Origin: Promethearchaeota archaeon
GTDB lineage: Archaea; Asgardarchaeota; Lokiarchaeia; Sigyniarchaeales; SOKP01
NCBI GenBank assembly: GCA_030606485.1
Contig: JAUWGH010000005.1
Span: forward strand, 10,129-74,128
DNA length: 64,000 nt
Reading direction: 5' to 3'
Shown here: positions 27,928-36,306 of the stretch, one piece after another
Position numbering within the stretch: position 1 is the first letter of the stretch
Layout: each line of letters begins with the position of its first letter
Notes under the pieces: model-generated
The model's database searches: none
What the model saw: the letters and a program-made list of their open reading frames with translations, nothing else
What the model was told of the DNA's origin: nothing
Made by a program: the position numbers and the translations under genes

Positions 27928-28731
27928 TTAAAAAGGTCCTTTTATGAAACCTCCATCTACTTGAATAACCGTTCCGGTTATATAACTAGCCTTTTCGGAC
28001 GCTAAAAATATGACTAAATTGGCAAGCTCTTCAGGTTTTCCCAATCGACCTAAGGGAATTTGGTTTGTCCATGATTTTTTAACTTCTATTTCCGATTTTC
28101 CTGTTTCTTTAGCAGTTTTTTTAATTAATACTTTCATTCTATCGGTTAAATTTGGTCCAGGACATACGATATTGACTAAAATATTATCTTTTGCATATTC
28201 GCTAGCGAGAGTTTTTGCATAACCAACAATCCCAAGGCGTGTTGTATTTGATAAAACCAAATTTTTTAAAGGTTGCTTTACTGAAACTGAAGTTATTGCT
28301 ATAATCCTACCTGATTTTTGCTTCTGCATTATTGGCAATATCATTCGAGTAATCCAAATAAAAGAAAGTAAATTCAAATCAATAGAATTTAACCACTCTT
28401 TTTTAGTAATTTTATTTGTTGGACCCGATGGTGGACCTCCAGCGTTATGCACTAAAATATCAATTCTCCCAAATTCTTCTATGACTTTATCAACAAGATT
28501 CTTTATATCGCCTTCTTTCAATAAATCTGCAATTACCAAAATAACTTTATTTCCTTTCATTATGGATTTAATTTGTTCAATTTCTTTTTTTGCTTTTTCT
28601 AAATTCTCCATTGATCTACTACAAATCACAACATTTACTCCTTCTTCATAAAGACCTTTAGCACAAGCTAACCCTAACCCCTTACTTGATGCTAAAACTA
28701 AAGCAACCTTTCGTTCCAATCCTAAATTCAT
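27928..28731 (-). CDS. short-chain dehydrogenase/reductase (FabG-like)
   Basis: 267 aa. N-terminal Rossmann LASSKGLGLACA, NAGGPP, and C-terminal ITGTVIQVDGG. Confidence 0.85.
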   Translation of the reverse strand: MNLGLERKVALVLASSKGLGLACAKGLYEEGVNVVICSRSMENLEKAKKEIEQIKSIMKGNKVILVIADLLKEGDIKNLVDKVIEEFGRIDILVHNAGGPPSGPTNKITKKEWLNSIDLNLLSFIWITRMILPIMQKQKSGRIIAITSVSVKQPLKNLVLSNTTRLGIVGYAKTLASEYAKDNILVNIVCPGPNLTDRMKVLIKKTAKETGKSEIEVKKSWTNQIPLGRLGKPEELANLVIFLASEKASYITGTVIQVDGGFIKGPF

Positions 28732-28840
28732 AAATAATCTCTCATTTTCTATTACTAATTATGTCAGTTTTATTACTTAAATTATTTTTTTATTAGAATT
28801 AAATTATTTCCCTATTTTTTTTATGAAATAACATATTTTT

Positions 28841-28926
28841 AATATATCATTTTCCAATATATCAATCTCCGATATATTTAAATATCCTTTCTTCTATGAA
28901 TTATATATATCTAAACAGATATATAT
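28841..28926. promoter_or_regulatory. candidate operator region between divergent SDR and padR genes
   Basis: About 2.5 tandem copies of a 15-nt unit (aatatatcattttcc / aatatatcaatctcc / gatatattt...) at 28841-28887. A perfect 10-nt inverted repeat atatatatct-aaac-agatatatat lies at 28903-28926. Confidence 0.3.
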
Positions 28927-28985
28927 AAAAAAATATATATTTTGAATAGATTAATAATTTGTTTAAATTGGTGAATTAAAAAAAA

Positions 28986-29633
28986 ATGTTTTTTGGCAAG
29001 AGATTCAGCGGATATCATGGCGGTCATTCATCAGGATTGGATATATTAGTATTATCAATGATAAAGAACAATGATGGTATTTCTGGATATGAAATAATTC
29101 AAAAAATAAATAGAAAATTTAAAAATGTATGGAGAGCTTCATCCGGTACAATTTATCCACTCTTAAATCGATTAGCAGAACAACAATTCGTTGATATTGA
29201 GGAAAAAACTGAAAATAATAGATTAAAAAAGATTTATAGGATCACCAAAAGGGGCATTGAAGGATTAAAAAAAGTGTTAGAAAATAATCTCCAACCAAAT
29301 ATAGATACGCTTGGTGATTATATACAAACAGTTTTAAAGGCAATACCAAGTAAAAAACATTTTGAACAAATGTTTGGCTGCTTTCCTTATACATTTCCAG
29401 AATACCCAAAACTTGATAAAAAAATTGACAAATCTGACTATTCTCCACGTAATATAGAACGAATTGAAAGTATCATTCAGGAATTAGAAGAGAAAAAAAT
29501 ATACTTTACAGATAGAATTCACAAGCTTGATAATAGTTTAGAGGATTATAAAAAAATTCTCGAGAAACTCAAGAAAGAAAAAGAAAAACATACAAAAATT
29601 ATTCCAATAATCGATGATGATGAAGAATTCTAG
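28986..29633 (+). CDS. PadR-family transcriptional regulator with long coiled C-terminal extension
   Basis: ISGYEIIQKINRKFKNVWRASSGTIYPLLNRLAEQQFV. GGTGA SD lies 12 nt upstream. Confidence 0.8.
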   Translation: MFFGKRFSGYHGGHSSGLDILVLSMIKNNDGISGYEIIQKINRKFKNVWRASSGTIYPLLNRLAEQQFVDIEEKTENNRLKKIYRITKRGIEGLKKVLENNLQPNIDTLGDYIQTVLKAIPSKKHFEQMFGCFPYTFPEYPKLDKKIDKSDYSPRNIERIESIIQELEEKKIYFTDRIHKLDNSLEDYKKILEKLKKEKEKHTKIIPIIDDDEEF

Positions 29634-29693
29634 AAATTTAATCAAATTAAATGAATTTAATAAATAAGAATAATAAAAAAGAGGAAAAAAAAA

Positions 29694-30194
29694 ATGTGTT
29701 TTGAAGGAAGCTTTAATCCACAATTTCGGCATAGCCATTTTCGATGTTCTCCACATGATATCGCAGCATTAAAGGGAATGATTTTTAAAGGTATGAAACA
29801 CGGTATGAAATTTTTTGAAGGCTGGGTACCTTACGATATACAAGAACATGAGAATGAATATTTAATCACTATTCCATTGCCAGGACTAACTAAAGACGAT
29901 GTTAAAGTTTCAATTGTTGGGAGGAATTTAAATATCACTGCAAAAAGATCAAAATCTGATGAGAAAGAAGGTGTGAGTGATGAAAGTAAAAAATCTTATG
30001 GAGTATATGGAGCACCATTTTTCATGGATTTTTTCTCACGGATGAGTAAAAAGGATATTAATCTTGATATTCCCTTACAAATTGATGCAGATGAAAACAT
30101 GGTTAAATCAAAAATGGCTAATGGGCTCTTAGAAATAAAAATTGGAAAAAAGCTAGCAAAAAATATTGACATAAATACTGAAGGAAACGATTAA
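29694..30194 (+). CDS. Hsp20/alpha-crystallin small heat-shock protein
   Basis: PYDIQEHENEYLITIPLPGLTKDDVKVSIVGRNLNITAKR ... NGLLEIKI. AGAGGA SD lies 9 nt upstream. Confidence 0.8.
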   Translation: MCFEGSFNPQFRHSHFRCSPHDIAALKGMIFKGMKHGMKFFEGWVPYDIQEHENEYLITIPLPGLTKDDVKVSIVGRNLNITAKRSKSDEKEGVSDESKKSYGVYGAPFFMDFFSRMSKKDINLDIPLQIDADENMVKSKMANGLLEIKIGKKLAKNIDINTEGND

Positions 30195-30429
30195 TAGAAT
30201 CTTTAATAAAATTAATGGCGGAGCGCTTAAGAATAAATGATTTATCGCTTCAACGGGAATAGAATTGAAAATTCATAATTCTGAAGCACCCTATTAATAA
30301 TATTTTTTTTAATTATTATACTTTTTTCAAGATATTATATTAAGATTAAAATAAACAGTTGTTTGAATTTAAAATACAATTTCACACAAAAAAAGATACT
30401 AAAAAAATTAAATCAAATAATAAAAATTT

Positions 30430-30666
30430 TTATCTTCTAATTTTTCTTGCTTCTCGTTCAACTTCCCTTAATAAAACGATATCATCTAAACGAACTGGTC
30501 CCTTAACGTTGCGAGTTAAAATTCTGTTTTTATCCGGCCCTTCTAAGATCCTGACCTTGACTTGCATTATCTCCCCTGTCATCCCAGTCTTTCCGACAAC
30601 CTGAATGACCTGAGCCGGATAGGATCGATCTACATACCCTTCTTTACCCTTTTCTCTTTTACTCAA
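30430..30666 (-). CDS. rps28e: ribosomal protein eS28
   Basis: 78 aa with a TTG start. [27 protein letters not shown]...[22 protein letters not shown]. Confidence 0.9.
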   Translation of the reverse strand: MSKREKGKEGYVDRSYPAQVIQVVGKTGMTGEIMQVKVRILEGPDKNRILTRNVKGPVRLDDIVLLREVEREARKIRR

Positions 30667-30686
30667 TAAATCTCAACTTGATGTTT

Positions 30687-31055
30687 CTACTTTAATTTAA
30701 CAACTTGGCTGATAATATCTTTAATTGCTGCTACATTATCTTCTCCAGGTATAATTATAGCAAGAGAGGATGTATCAATTTTTAAACCCACCGCTTTTCC
30801 CAAATCTTTTTTTGTGTTAACATAAATATATGGAATGTTCTTCTCATCACAGAGCAAGGGTAAATGGAAAACAACTTCTGGTGGATCAACATCTTCGGCA
30901 ATGATAACTAATTTAGCAATGCCGCGTTCAATGGATTTAGTAACTTCATTCATTCCCTTTTTAATTTTTGTTTCAGGAGTGCTCGAAATGTTTGAAATTG
31001 TATCAATTACTTTTTTTTTTAATTTATCAGGTATATTAATTTTAACATAACTCAT
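30687..31055 (-). CDS. rpl7ae: ribosomal protein eL8/L7Ae (K-turn binding)
   Basis: 122 aa. [48 protein letters not shown]. Confidence 0.95.
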   Translation of the reverse strand: MSYVKINIPDKLKKKVIDTISNISSTPETKIKKGMNEVTKSIERGIAKLVIIAEDVDPPEVVFHLPLLCDEKNIPYIYVNTKKDLGKAVGLKIDTSSLAIIIPGEDNVAAIKDIISQVVKLK

Positions 31056-31276
31056 TTTTTTAAAAAACCTCCTTCAAATATTCTATAATATTTTCATTAA
31101 TCATAGGATAATTCCTTAAATAAATCATTTTAATTAAAATTTATTATAATTTCTTATTGGTTTTCACAAATAATTTTTGTCTTATTTTCTTTAAAATAAA
31201 AACAGATTAATAATTTTTATGACTAAGAGATATGTTATGAAGAATATTTGACTTTTATTTAGAAGATGATTTTAAA

Positions 31277-32773
31277 ATGAGAGGTAAAAATATGGATTGG
31301 CTGGAACAACCTAGAATTTATGAAATAAACACTTGGCTTTGGCTTCAAGCTTTATCAAATATTTATAAACACGAAATTACGCTTAATAATATCCCTCCTG
31401 AGGTTTTCGGTCAAGAATTAAAATTTTTCGATGTTATTTGGCTTATGGGTGTCTGGGAACGCAGTCCTCAAAGTAGAGAAATTGCTCTTAACCACACTGG
31501 CTTACAACAGGAATATCATAAAGCTTTAAGTGATTTTAAGACAGAAGATGTTGTAGGCTCGCCCTATTCCATCTTTGACTATCACGTAGATCCTCATCTT
31601 GGTGGTGAAGATGGTTTAAAAAACTTCCGTAAACAATTAACCGAACGAAATATGCATTTATTACTAGATTACGTACCAAACCATGTAGCTGTTGATCACC
31701 CCTGGATTTTAGAAAAACCAGATATATTCATAAAAGGAAATATTAATGATTATAGAGCACATCCAATTGAATTTTTTAGTACTAATGATCATATTTATGC
31801 ACATGGAAAGGATCCTAATTTCTTTCCACCTTGGACGGATACAGTGCAAATAAACGCATTTTCATCGGTTGCCCGAAAGAAAGCAATAAATATTTTACTC
31901 AACATTGCTGAACAATGTGATGGTGTTCGTTGTGATATGGCAATGTTAATGATTAATCATGTTTTTAGTCGTACTTGGGGTGAAAGAGCGGGACCTCGAC
32001 CAGAGAAAGGCTTTTGGCGGGAAGTAATCCCTGAGATTTTGAAAAAATTTCCAGACTTTTTATTTATTGCAGAAGTATATTGGAATATGGAATGGGAATT
32101 ACAGCAACAAGGATTTAATTTTTGCTATGATAAACGGTTGTATGATCGTATGCTGCACGAGAGAGCTGAAACGATTTATATTCATCTCTGTGCAGAATGG
32201 GATTATCAAAGGAAACTTTTACGCTTTATTGAAAATCATGATGAACTTAGAGCAATAACGGTATTTGGTGAAGAACGTTCTCGAGCAGCTGCAATTATAA
32301 GTCTCACTTTACCTGGTGCAAAATTAGTCCATGAAGGACAAATGAAGGGGTATAAAGTAAAAATACCGGTTCAATTAGGAAGGCGTCCAGTTGAGGATAA
32401 TAACCAAGATCTCTTAGAATTTTATCAAAAACTATTAAATGTTGCATCTGCAGAGGAATTAACCAAAGGTAAATGGGCTCTCTGTAAGATTGAGCCTATA
32501 AATACTGAAAATTACACATATACTAATTTAATTTCTTATCAATGGATGTCCAAAGAACAGCATCATCTTATAGTTGTAAATTACAGTCCAAATCCTGCGC
32601 AAGGACATGTTAGAATTGAAGAATTAAATTACGATACTTATGATTGGATTTTTACTGATTTACTAACACAAAAAAGATTTATCTATAAGGGCAAAGATCT
32701 TGATACTTATGGTCTTTACGTCGATCTTTCTGCTTGGGGCGGTCACATATTTTATATAAAGCGAATTGATTAA
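31277..32773 (+). CDS. GH13 alpha-amylase-family glycoside hydrolase
   Basis: Conserved regions DYVPNH, GVRCDMA, FIAEVYW and FIENHDE. The true start may be ATG 31292, with AGAGGT 6 nt upstream. Confidence 0.85.
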   Translation: MRGKNMDWLEQPRIYEINTWLWLQALSNIYKHEITLNNIPPEVFGQELKFFDVIWLMGVWERSPQSREIALNHTGLQQEYHKALSDFKTEDVVGSPYSIFDYHVDPHLGGEDGLKNFRKQLTERNMHLLLDYVPNHVAVDHPWILEKPDIFIKGNINDYRAHPIEFFSTNDHIYAHGKDPNFFPPWTDTVQINAFSSVARKKAINILLNIAEQCDGVRCDMAMLMINHVFSRTWGERAGPRPEKGFWREVIPEILKKFPDFLFIAEVYWNMEWELQQQGFNFCYDKRLYDRMLHERAETIYIHLCAEWDYQRKLLRFIENHDELRAITVFGEERSRAAAIISLTLPGAKLVHEGQMKGYKVKIPVQLGRRPVEDNNQDLLEFYQKLLNVASAEELTKGKWALCKIEPINTENYTYTNLISYQWMSKEQHHLIVVNYSPNPAQGHVRIEELNYDTYDWIFTDLLTQKRFIYKGKDLDTYGLYVDLSAWGGHIFYIKRID

Positions 32774-32825
32774 ATTATTCAATGAATTGTTCCATAAGAA
32801 ATAGATTGATTTAATCTATGTCTTA

Positions 32826-33674
32826 TTATTCTCTAAGGAATGATTGTATACTTGAATTAACTAATTCAGGATCATCGTGCATAACCCAATGAGATGCGTT
32901 CTCAATTCTAACAATTTTAAGATCTTTAATAAAATCTTCTAATCCTTCGAGTACTTTAGGCAATACAAATATATCTTTCATACCGAATATAACTAAAGTT
33001 GGGACATTAATTATTCCAGACCATTCCTCATAGCTACGATTTGCCTTGTAATAATTTACTCCTCCAGTTAATGCGCCTGGTTGGGACCATGCTTCTATAT
33101 ATTTTTCTTTATCAAATTCACTAAATGCTTTTTTATTTTTTGCTGTACCAAAAACAGACAATTGTAAAGCTTGAAAATTATTTTCAAAGAGAAAACTTTC
33201 ACCTTCTTTTAAAAATCTGACGATATATCCACTGGCTTTCTTTTGGTCGTTATCTTTTGTAATTAACTTTCTAAATATTTTTGGATGGGGCGCATTTAAT
33301 ATTATTAATTTTTTTAATATTTCAGGGTATTTCTCGGCTAATGCCCACGATACCATTCCACCCCAATCATGTCCTGCAAGATTAAATTTAGTAAAACCTA
33401 ATTTTTCGCTTAAACCTTTAATATCTTCTATTAAAATATCTAATTTATAATTTTCAATTCCATCCGGTTTATCGGAAAGATTATAACCTCGCATATCAGG
33501 AACAATTAATTGAAACTTATCTTTTAACCCTAAAATTATATTTTTCCAACCATACCAAAAATCTGGAAATCCATGTAGTAATATGAGAGGTTCTCCAGAA
33601 CCAGTAATAATTGTATGAAGGGTAATTCCATTTATTTTAATATATTTTTCTTCGATTTCATTAAATATTTCCAT
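32826..33674 (-). CDS. alpha/beta hydrolase, epoxide-hydrolase/haloalkane-dehalogenase-like
   Basis: 282 aa. LLHGFPDFWYGW and nucleophile elbow LAGHDWGG. Confidence 0.8.
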   Translation of the reverse strand: MEIFNEIEEKYIKINGITLHTIITGSGEPLILLHGFPDFWYGWKNIILGLKDKFQLIVPDMRGYNLSDKPDGIENYKLDILIEDIKGLSEKLGFTKFNLAGHDWGGMVSWALAEKYPEILKKLIILNAPHPKIFRKLITKDNDQKKASGYIVRFLKEGESFLFENNFQALQLSVFGTAKNKKAFSEFDKEKYIEAWSQPGALTGGVNYYKANRSYEEWSGIINVPTLVIFGMKDIFVLPKVLEGLEDFIKDLKIVRIENASHWVMHDDPELVNSSIQSFLRE

Positions 33675-33743
33675 AATATTTATTCACAATATTCATTAAA
33701 ATAAAAACAATTTAAATCTAAATTAATAATTTAATTAATAGAA

Positions 33744-33847
33744 TGGGATGGGAGGGATTCGAACCCCCGACCTCTTGGCCCCCAGCCAAGAATTACGCTG
33801 TAAAGAATAAGTCTTTACAGAATCATACCAAGCTAGACCACCATCCC
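33744..33847 (-). tRNA. tRNA-Pro(GGG) with 30-nt intron at non-canonical position 25/26
   Basis: Minus-strand read: GGGATGG TG GTCT AGCTTGGTA TGAT [tCTGTAAAG ACTTATT CTTTACAG CGTAAT] T CTTGG CTGGGGG CCAAG AGGTC GGGGG TTCGAAT CCCTC CCATCCC A. Anticodon GGG, G37, A73, no encoded CCA. The intron is plus-strand 33792-33821. Confidence 0.75.
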
Positions 33848-33975
33848 ATATTTAATAGAGGTTAATTCGCAAAGTAGGTTCTTTATTTCTATTAGTAAAA
33901 CACAATATAAATTTTTTATAATATTTCAAAAAAAATATTTAAATTTTCCATCAATTTAAAAAATAGAGTATAATA

Positions 33976-34266
33976 ATGAGAAAGAGAACGCCATATCTTA
34001 TTTTTTGGCCCCAGTATTTTGATAAGAATCGAACAATCAATCAAGGTCGTAGATTACCTAAAAATCTTGCAATTGAAAAGGTAACTTTAGATGATATAGA
34101 GAAGGCGGTGAAAGCATTAGGTTATGAATATAAAATTGAAAATACTTCAAGATATCCAAAGACATGGTGGGATAACCCGGGGCGTATTCTCATTGATTCT
34201 AAAGGCAAAAAGAAAAGAAAAATATTATTTGAAATCGCAAAGCAAATCAGGAAAATAAAAAGTTAA
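33976..34266 (+). CDS. srp19: signal recognition particle protein SRP19
   Basis: 96 aa. IFWPQYFDKNRTINQGRRLPK. Confidence 0.85.
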   Translation: MRKRTPYLIFWPQYFDKNRTINQGRRLPKNLAIEKVTLDDIEKAVKALGYEYKIENTSRYPKTWWDNPGRILIDSKGKKKRKILFEIAKQIRKIKS

Positions 34267-34286
34267 GTAATAGGGGAGAAAAAAAA

Positions 34287-34661
34287 ATACACGAGTTTGC
34301 TTTTGCATCACAAATTTATCAAACTGCCTTAAACACAGCTATAAAATATAATGCTATTAAAATTACAGAAGTATTTTTAGAAATTGGAGAATTTACTCTT
34401 ATTGTTCCTGAACTTTTAAAACAATCATTTAAAATGGCGACAACAGGAACTATTGCAGAAGGTGCTAAACTAAACATGCAAGTCACTCCTGGAGAAATTC
34501 AATGTAATAAGTGCGGTAAAATAACGACAATTAGCTTTAAAGAAACAGATGCTTTAACGGGGTTGCTGTTATTTAAATGTAAGTTTTGTGATTCTACAGA
34601 TACCAAAATTATTAAAGGAAAATCCGCAATTGTGAAAAATATAAAAATAGAAACAGACTGA
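34287..34661 (+). CDS. hypA: hydrogenase nickel-insertion protein HypA; ATA start proposed
   Basis: The track ORF starts at ATG 34434, but the frame is open from 34233 and reads (ATA)HEFAFASQIYQTALNTAIKYNAIKITEVFLEIGEFTLIVPELLKQSF..., the conserved HypA N-terminus (MHE...). The C-terminal zinc site is CNKCG ... CKFCDS. GGGGAG at 34273-34278 lies 8 nt before the ATA. Confidence 0.75.
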   Translation: MHEFAFASQIYQTALNTAIKYNAIKITEVFLEIGEFTLIVPELLKQSFKMATTGTIAEGAKLNMQVTPGEIQCNKCGKITTISFKETDALTGLLLFKCKFCDSTDTKIIKGKSAIVKNIKIETD

Positions 34662-35045
34662 TTATTCTTTTATAAGAACTGCGTTAATAATGCCGTCTTG
34701 ACCAGGGCGACTTGTTATTTTCGCTAATCCTTTCTCAGTATGAATTATTGCTCCTTTAGTTATAATATGCCTTCGAGAAAGATCTTTAGAGGCGGGATTT
34801 TCCTCAAATCTGAGAATTTTAGTTTTTTCAGTTTTTTTACTTAATGGGTCTGTTAGATTGCAAAAGGAGTTTGAAAATAATTTTAATTTATAATTCCCAC
34901 CAAGAACTCTTTGTTTTTTCTTTTTCTCTGTTCCAATTGTTGTTTCTATTGGAGGACTTGCAAGCTCTCTTTTTCTCTTTTTTCCAAAATGTTTATACTT
35001 TTTTCCAGTATATTTTCTTTTACTTCTTTTTTGCGACCTTGCCAT
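34662..35045 (-). CDS. rps8e: ribosomal protein eS8
   Basis: The real start is the internal Met of the 170-aa track ORF: MARSQKRSKRKYTGKKYKHFGKKRKRELASPP ... GGNYKLKL. Confidence 0.85.
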   Translation of the reverse strand: MARSQKRSKRKYTGKKYKHFGKKRKRELASPPIETTIGTEKKKKQRVLGGNYKLKLFSNSFCNLTDPLSKKTEKTKILRFEENPASKDLSRRHIITKGAIIHTEKGLAKITSRPGQDGIINAVLIKE

Positions 35046-35162
35046 ATTTCTTTTAATTTTTAAAATCTTTAAAATTTTATGATTTTTGGTATATAGAGAA
35101 AAAAAATAAATATTAAAGAACTCATTATTACTTAAATTATATAAAAGATTGTGTAAGCAATT

Positions 35163-35801
35163 ATGAACGAACACATTTTAAAGAATAAATTTGATACACA
35201 GACATTAGATAATGTTATCAAAACAGGTACAACTACGGTTGCAATTAAAATAAAAGATGGCGTGGTTGTAGGTACTGAATCTCAAGCAACAGCGGGATAT
35301 TTTGTTGCAACAAAACAAGCCCAGAAATTGTTCAAAATAAACGATTTCTGTGCTGCCACGATTAGCGGTGGTGTAGCTGATTGTCAATATGTTGTGAATC
35401 AAGCCATTGCTTTATCTAATCTTAAGACTGTCGAAGAAGAAAAGATCCCTGAACCGAAATATGTTGCTAATACCGTTAGGAATCTACTTTATCAGGGGCG
35501 TTCATATTTTCTTACCTTAATGATAATTGCAGGGTATTCAGAGAAAGAAGGCATAGGAATGCTATATGGGATCGACCTTCTTGGAACTTTATATGAAGAA
35601 GAAAAGTTCATAAGTTTTGGTTCTGGTTCTCCCTACTCTCTCGGAGTTTTGGAAACAGAATGGAAAGAAAATATGACTGCTCCAGAGGGATTAAAATTGG
35701 TAGAAAAAGCAATAACTTCATCCCGAGCAAGAGATGCAGGTTCAGGTTATAAAATACAATTAGCGACCATAACAAAAAGCGGATTTAAGCAAAAGAAATA
35801 A
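35163..35801 (+). CDS. psmB: proteasome beta subunit
   Basis: Propeptide, then the TGTTTVAIK active-site Thr, then GSGS. Confidence 0.9.
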   Translation: MNEHILKNKFDTQTLDNVIKTGTTTVAIKIKDGVVVGTESQATAGYFVATKQAQKLFKINDFCAATISGGVADCQYVVNQAIALSNLKTVEEEKIPEPKYVANTVRNLLYQGRSYFLTLMIIAGYSEKEGIGMLYGIDLLGTLYEEEKFISFGSGSPYSLGVLETEWKENMTAPEGLKLVEKAITSSRARDAGSGYKIQLATITKSGFKQKK

Positions 35802-36281
35802 TTATTTTTGAATCTTTACATCTATTTGAATTATACCATCTTTTAAAAATAAGAATCCATTCAGTTTTTTCTTTTTTCCATCAATAATTGTCCAAATTTG
35901 ATGTTTAAATCTTAGATCTCCCCAATCATAAAGCATTCTCATATAATTAGAATCAACTCCACTTGGCATTGCAGAACCTGGATGAGAATGAAAAATGCTA
36001 ATTAATCTTAAATTAAATTTTTTTGCTGCTTCTTCAAAAATCTCGTTAAATTTTTCCAAATTATCCATTAAAAAAGCAACTGGAGAGGGTTTTGATGATT
36101 TTATACACTCAAATTTTTTCGCAGAATAGATGTATTGATATCCCTCTTCATTTTTTAACTCTTGAATATCTCCAAAAATCAAACCGCATGATTCATTAGG
36201 TGAAGCGTTCCTTGAACATTCCTGTAATTGAAAGAAAATCTTCTCTGGAATAATTATTTTAATATTTTTTTCGAATTTCAT
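35802..36281 (-). CDS. JAMM/MPN+ metalloprotease domain protein
   Basis: 159 aa. ESCGLIFG and HSHPGSAMPSGVD (HxH...S..D). Confidence 0.75.
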   Translation of the reverse strand: MKFEKNIKIIIPEKIFFQLQECSRNASPNESCGLIFGDIQELKNEEGYQYIYSAKKFECIKSSKPSPVAFLMDNLEKFNEIFEEAAKKFNLRLISIFHSHPGSAMPSGVDSNYMRMLYDWGDLRFKHQIWTIIDGKKKKLNGFLFLKDGIIQIDVKIQK

Positions 36282-36306
36282 TTTATCTATATAATCTTAG
36301 TGTGAT

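Noticed and set aside
30215-30300. GC-richer patch downstream of rps28e parsed as a C/D sRNA (ATGATTT ... CTGA)
   Set aside because: The C, D' and C' boxes are all poor, no terminal stem forms, and the spacing is irregular. I also looked here for the rpl24e gene that usually follows rpl7ae-rps28e and found no ORF.
30359-30604. 81-aa plus-strand ORF
   Set aside because: It is antisense to the clearly recognisable ribosomal protein eS28 gene and has a low-complexity sequence.
33798-33820. Reading the 8-bp hairpin with loop ACTTATT as an anticodon arm (UUA, ochre-suppressor-like) and the GGG arm as a long variable arm
   Set aside because: The stem is 8 bp rather than 5 and position 33 would be C. 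A 7-nt linker would also precede the supposed variable arm. The intron model gives a perfect class I tRNA-Pro with a clean BHB.
35046-35174. 43-codon N-terminal extension of the rps8e track ORF
   Set aside because: The extension (MFVHNCLHNLLYNL...) is AT-rich nonsense overlapping the psmB promoter and start. eS8 homologs begin at MARSQKRSKRK.
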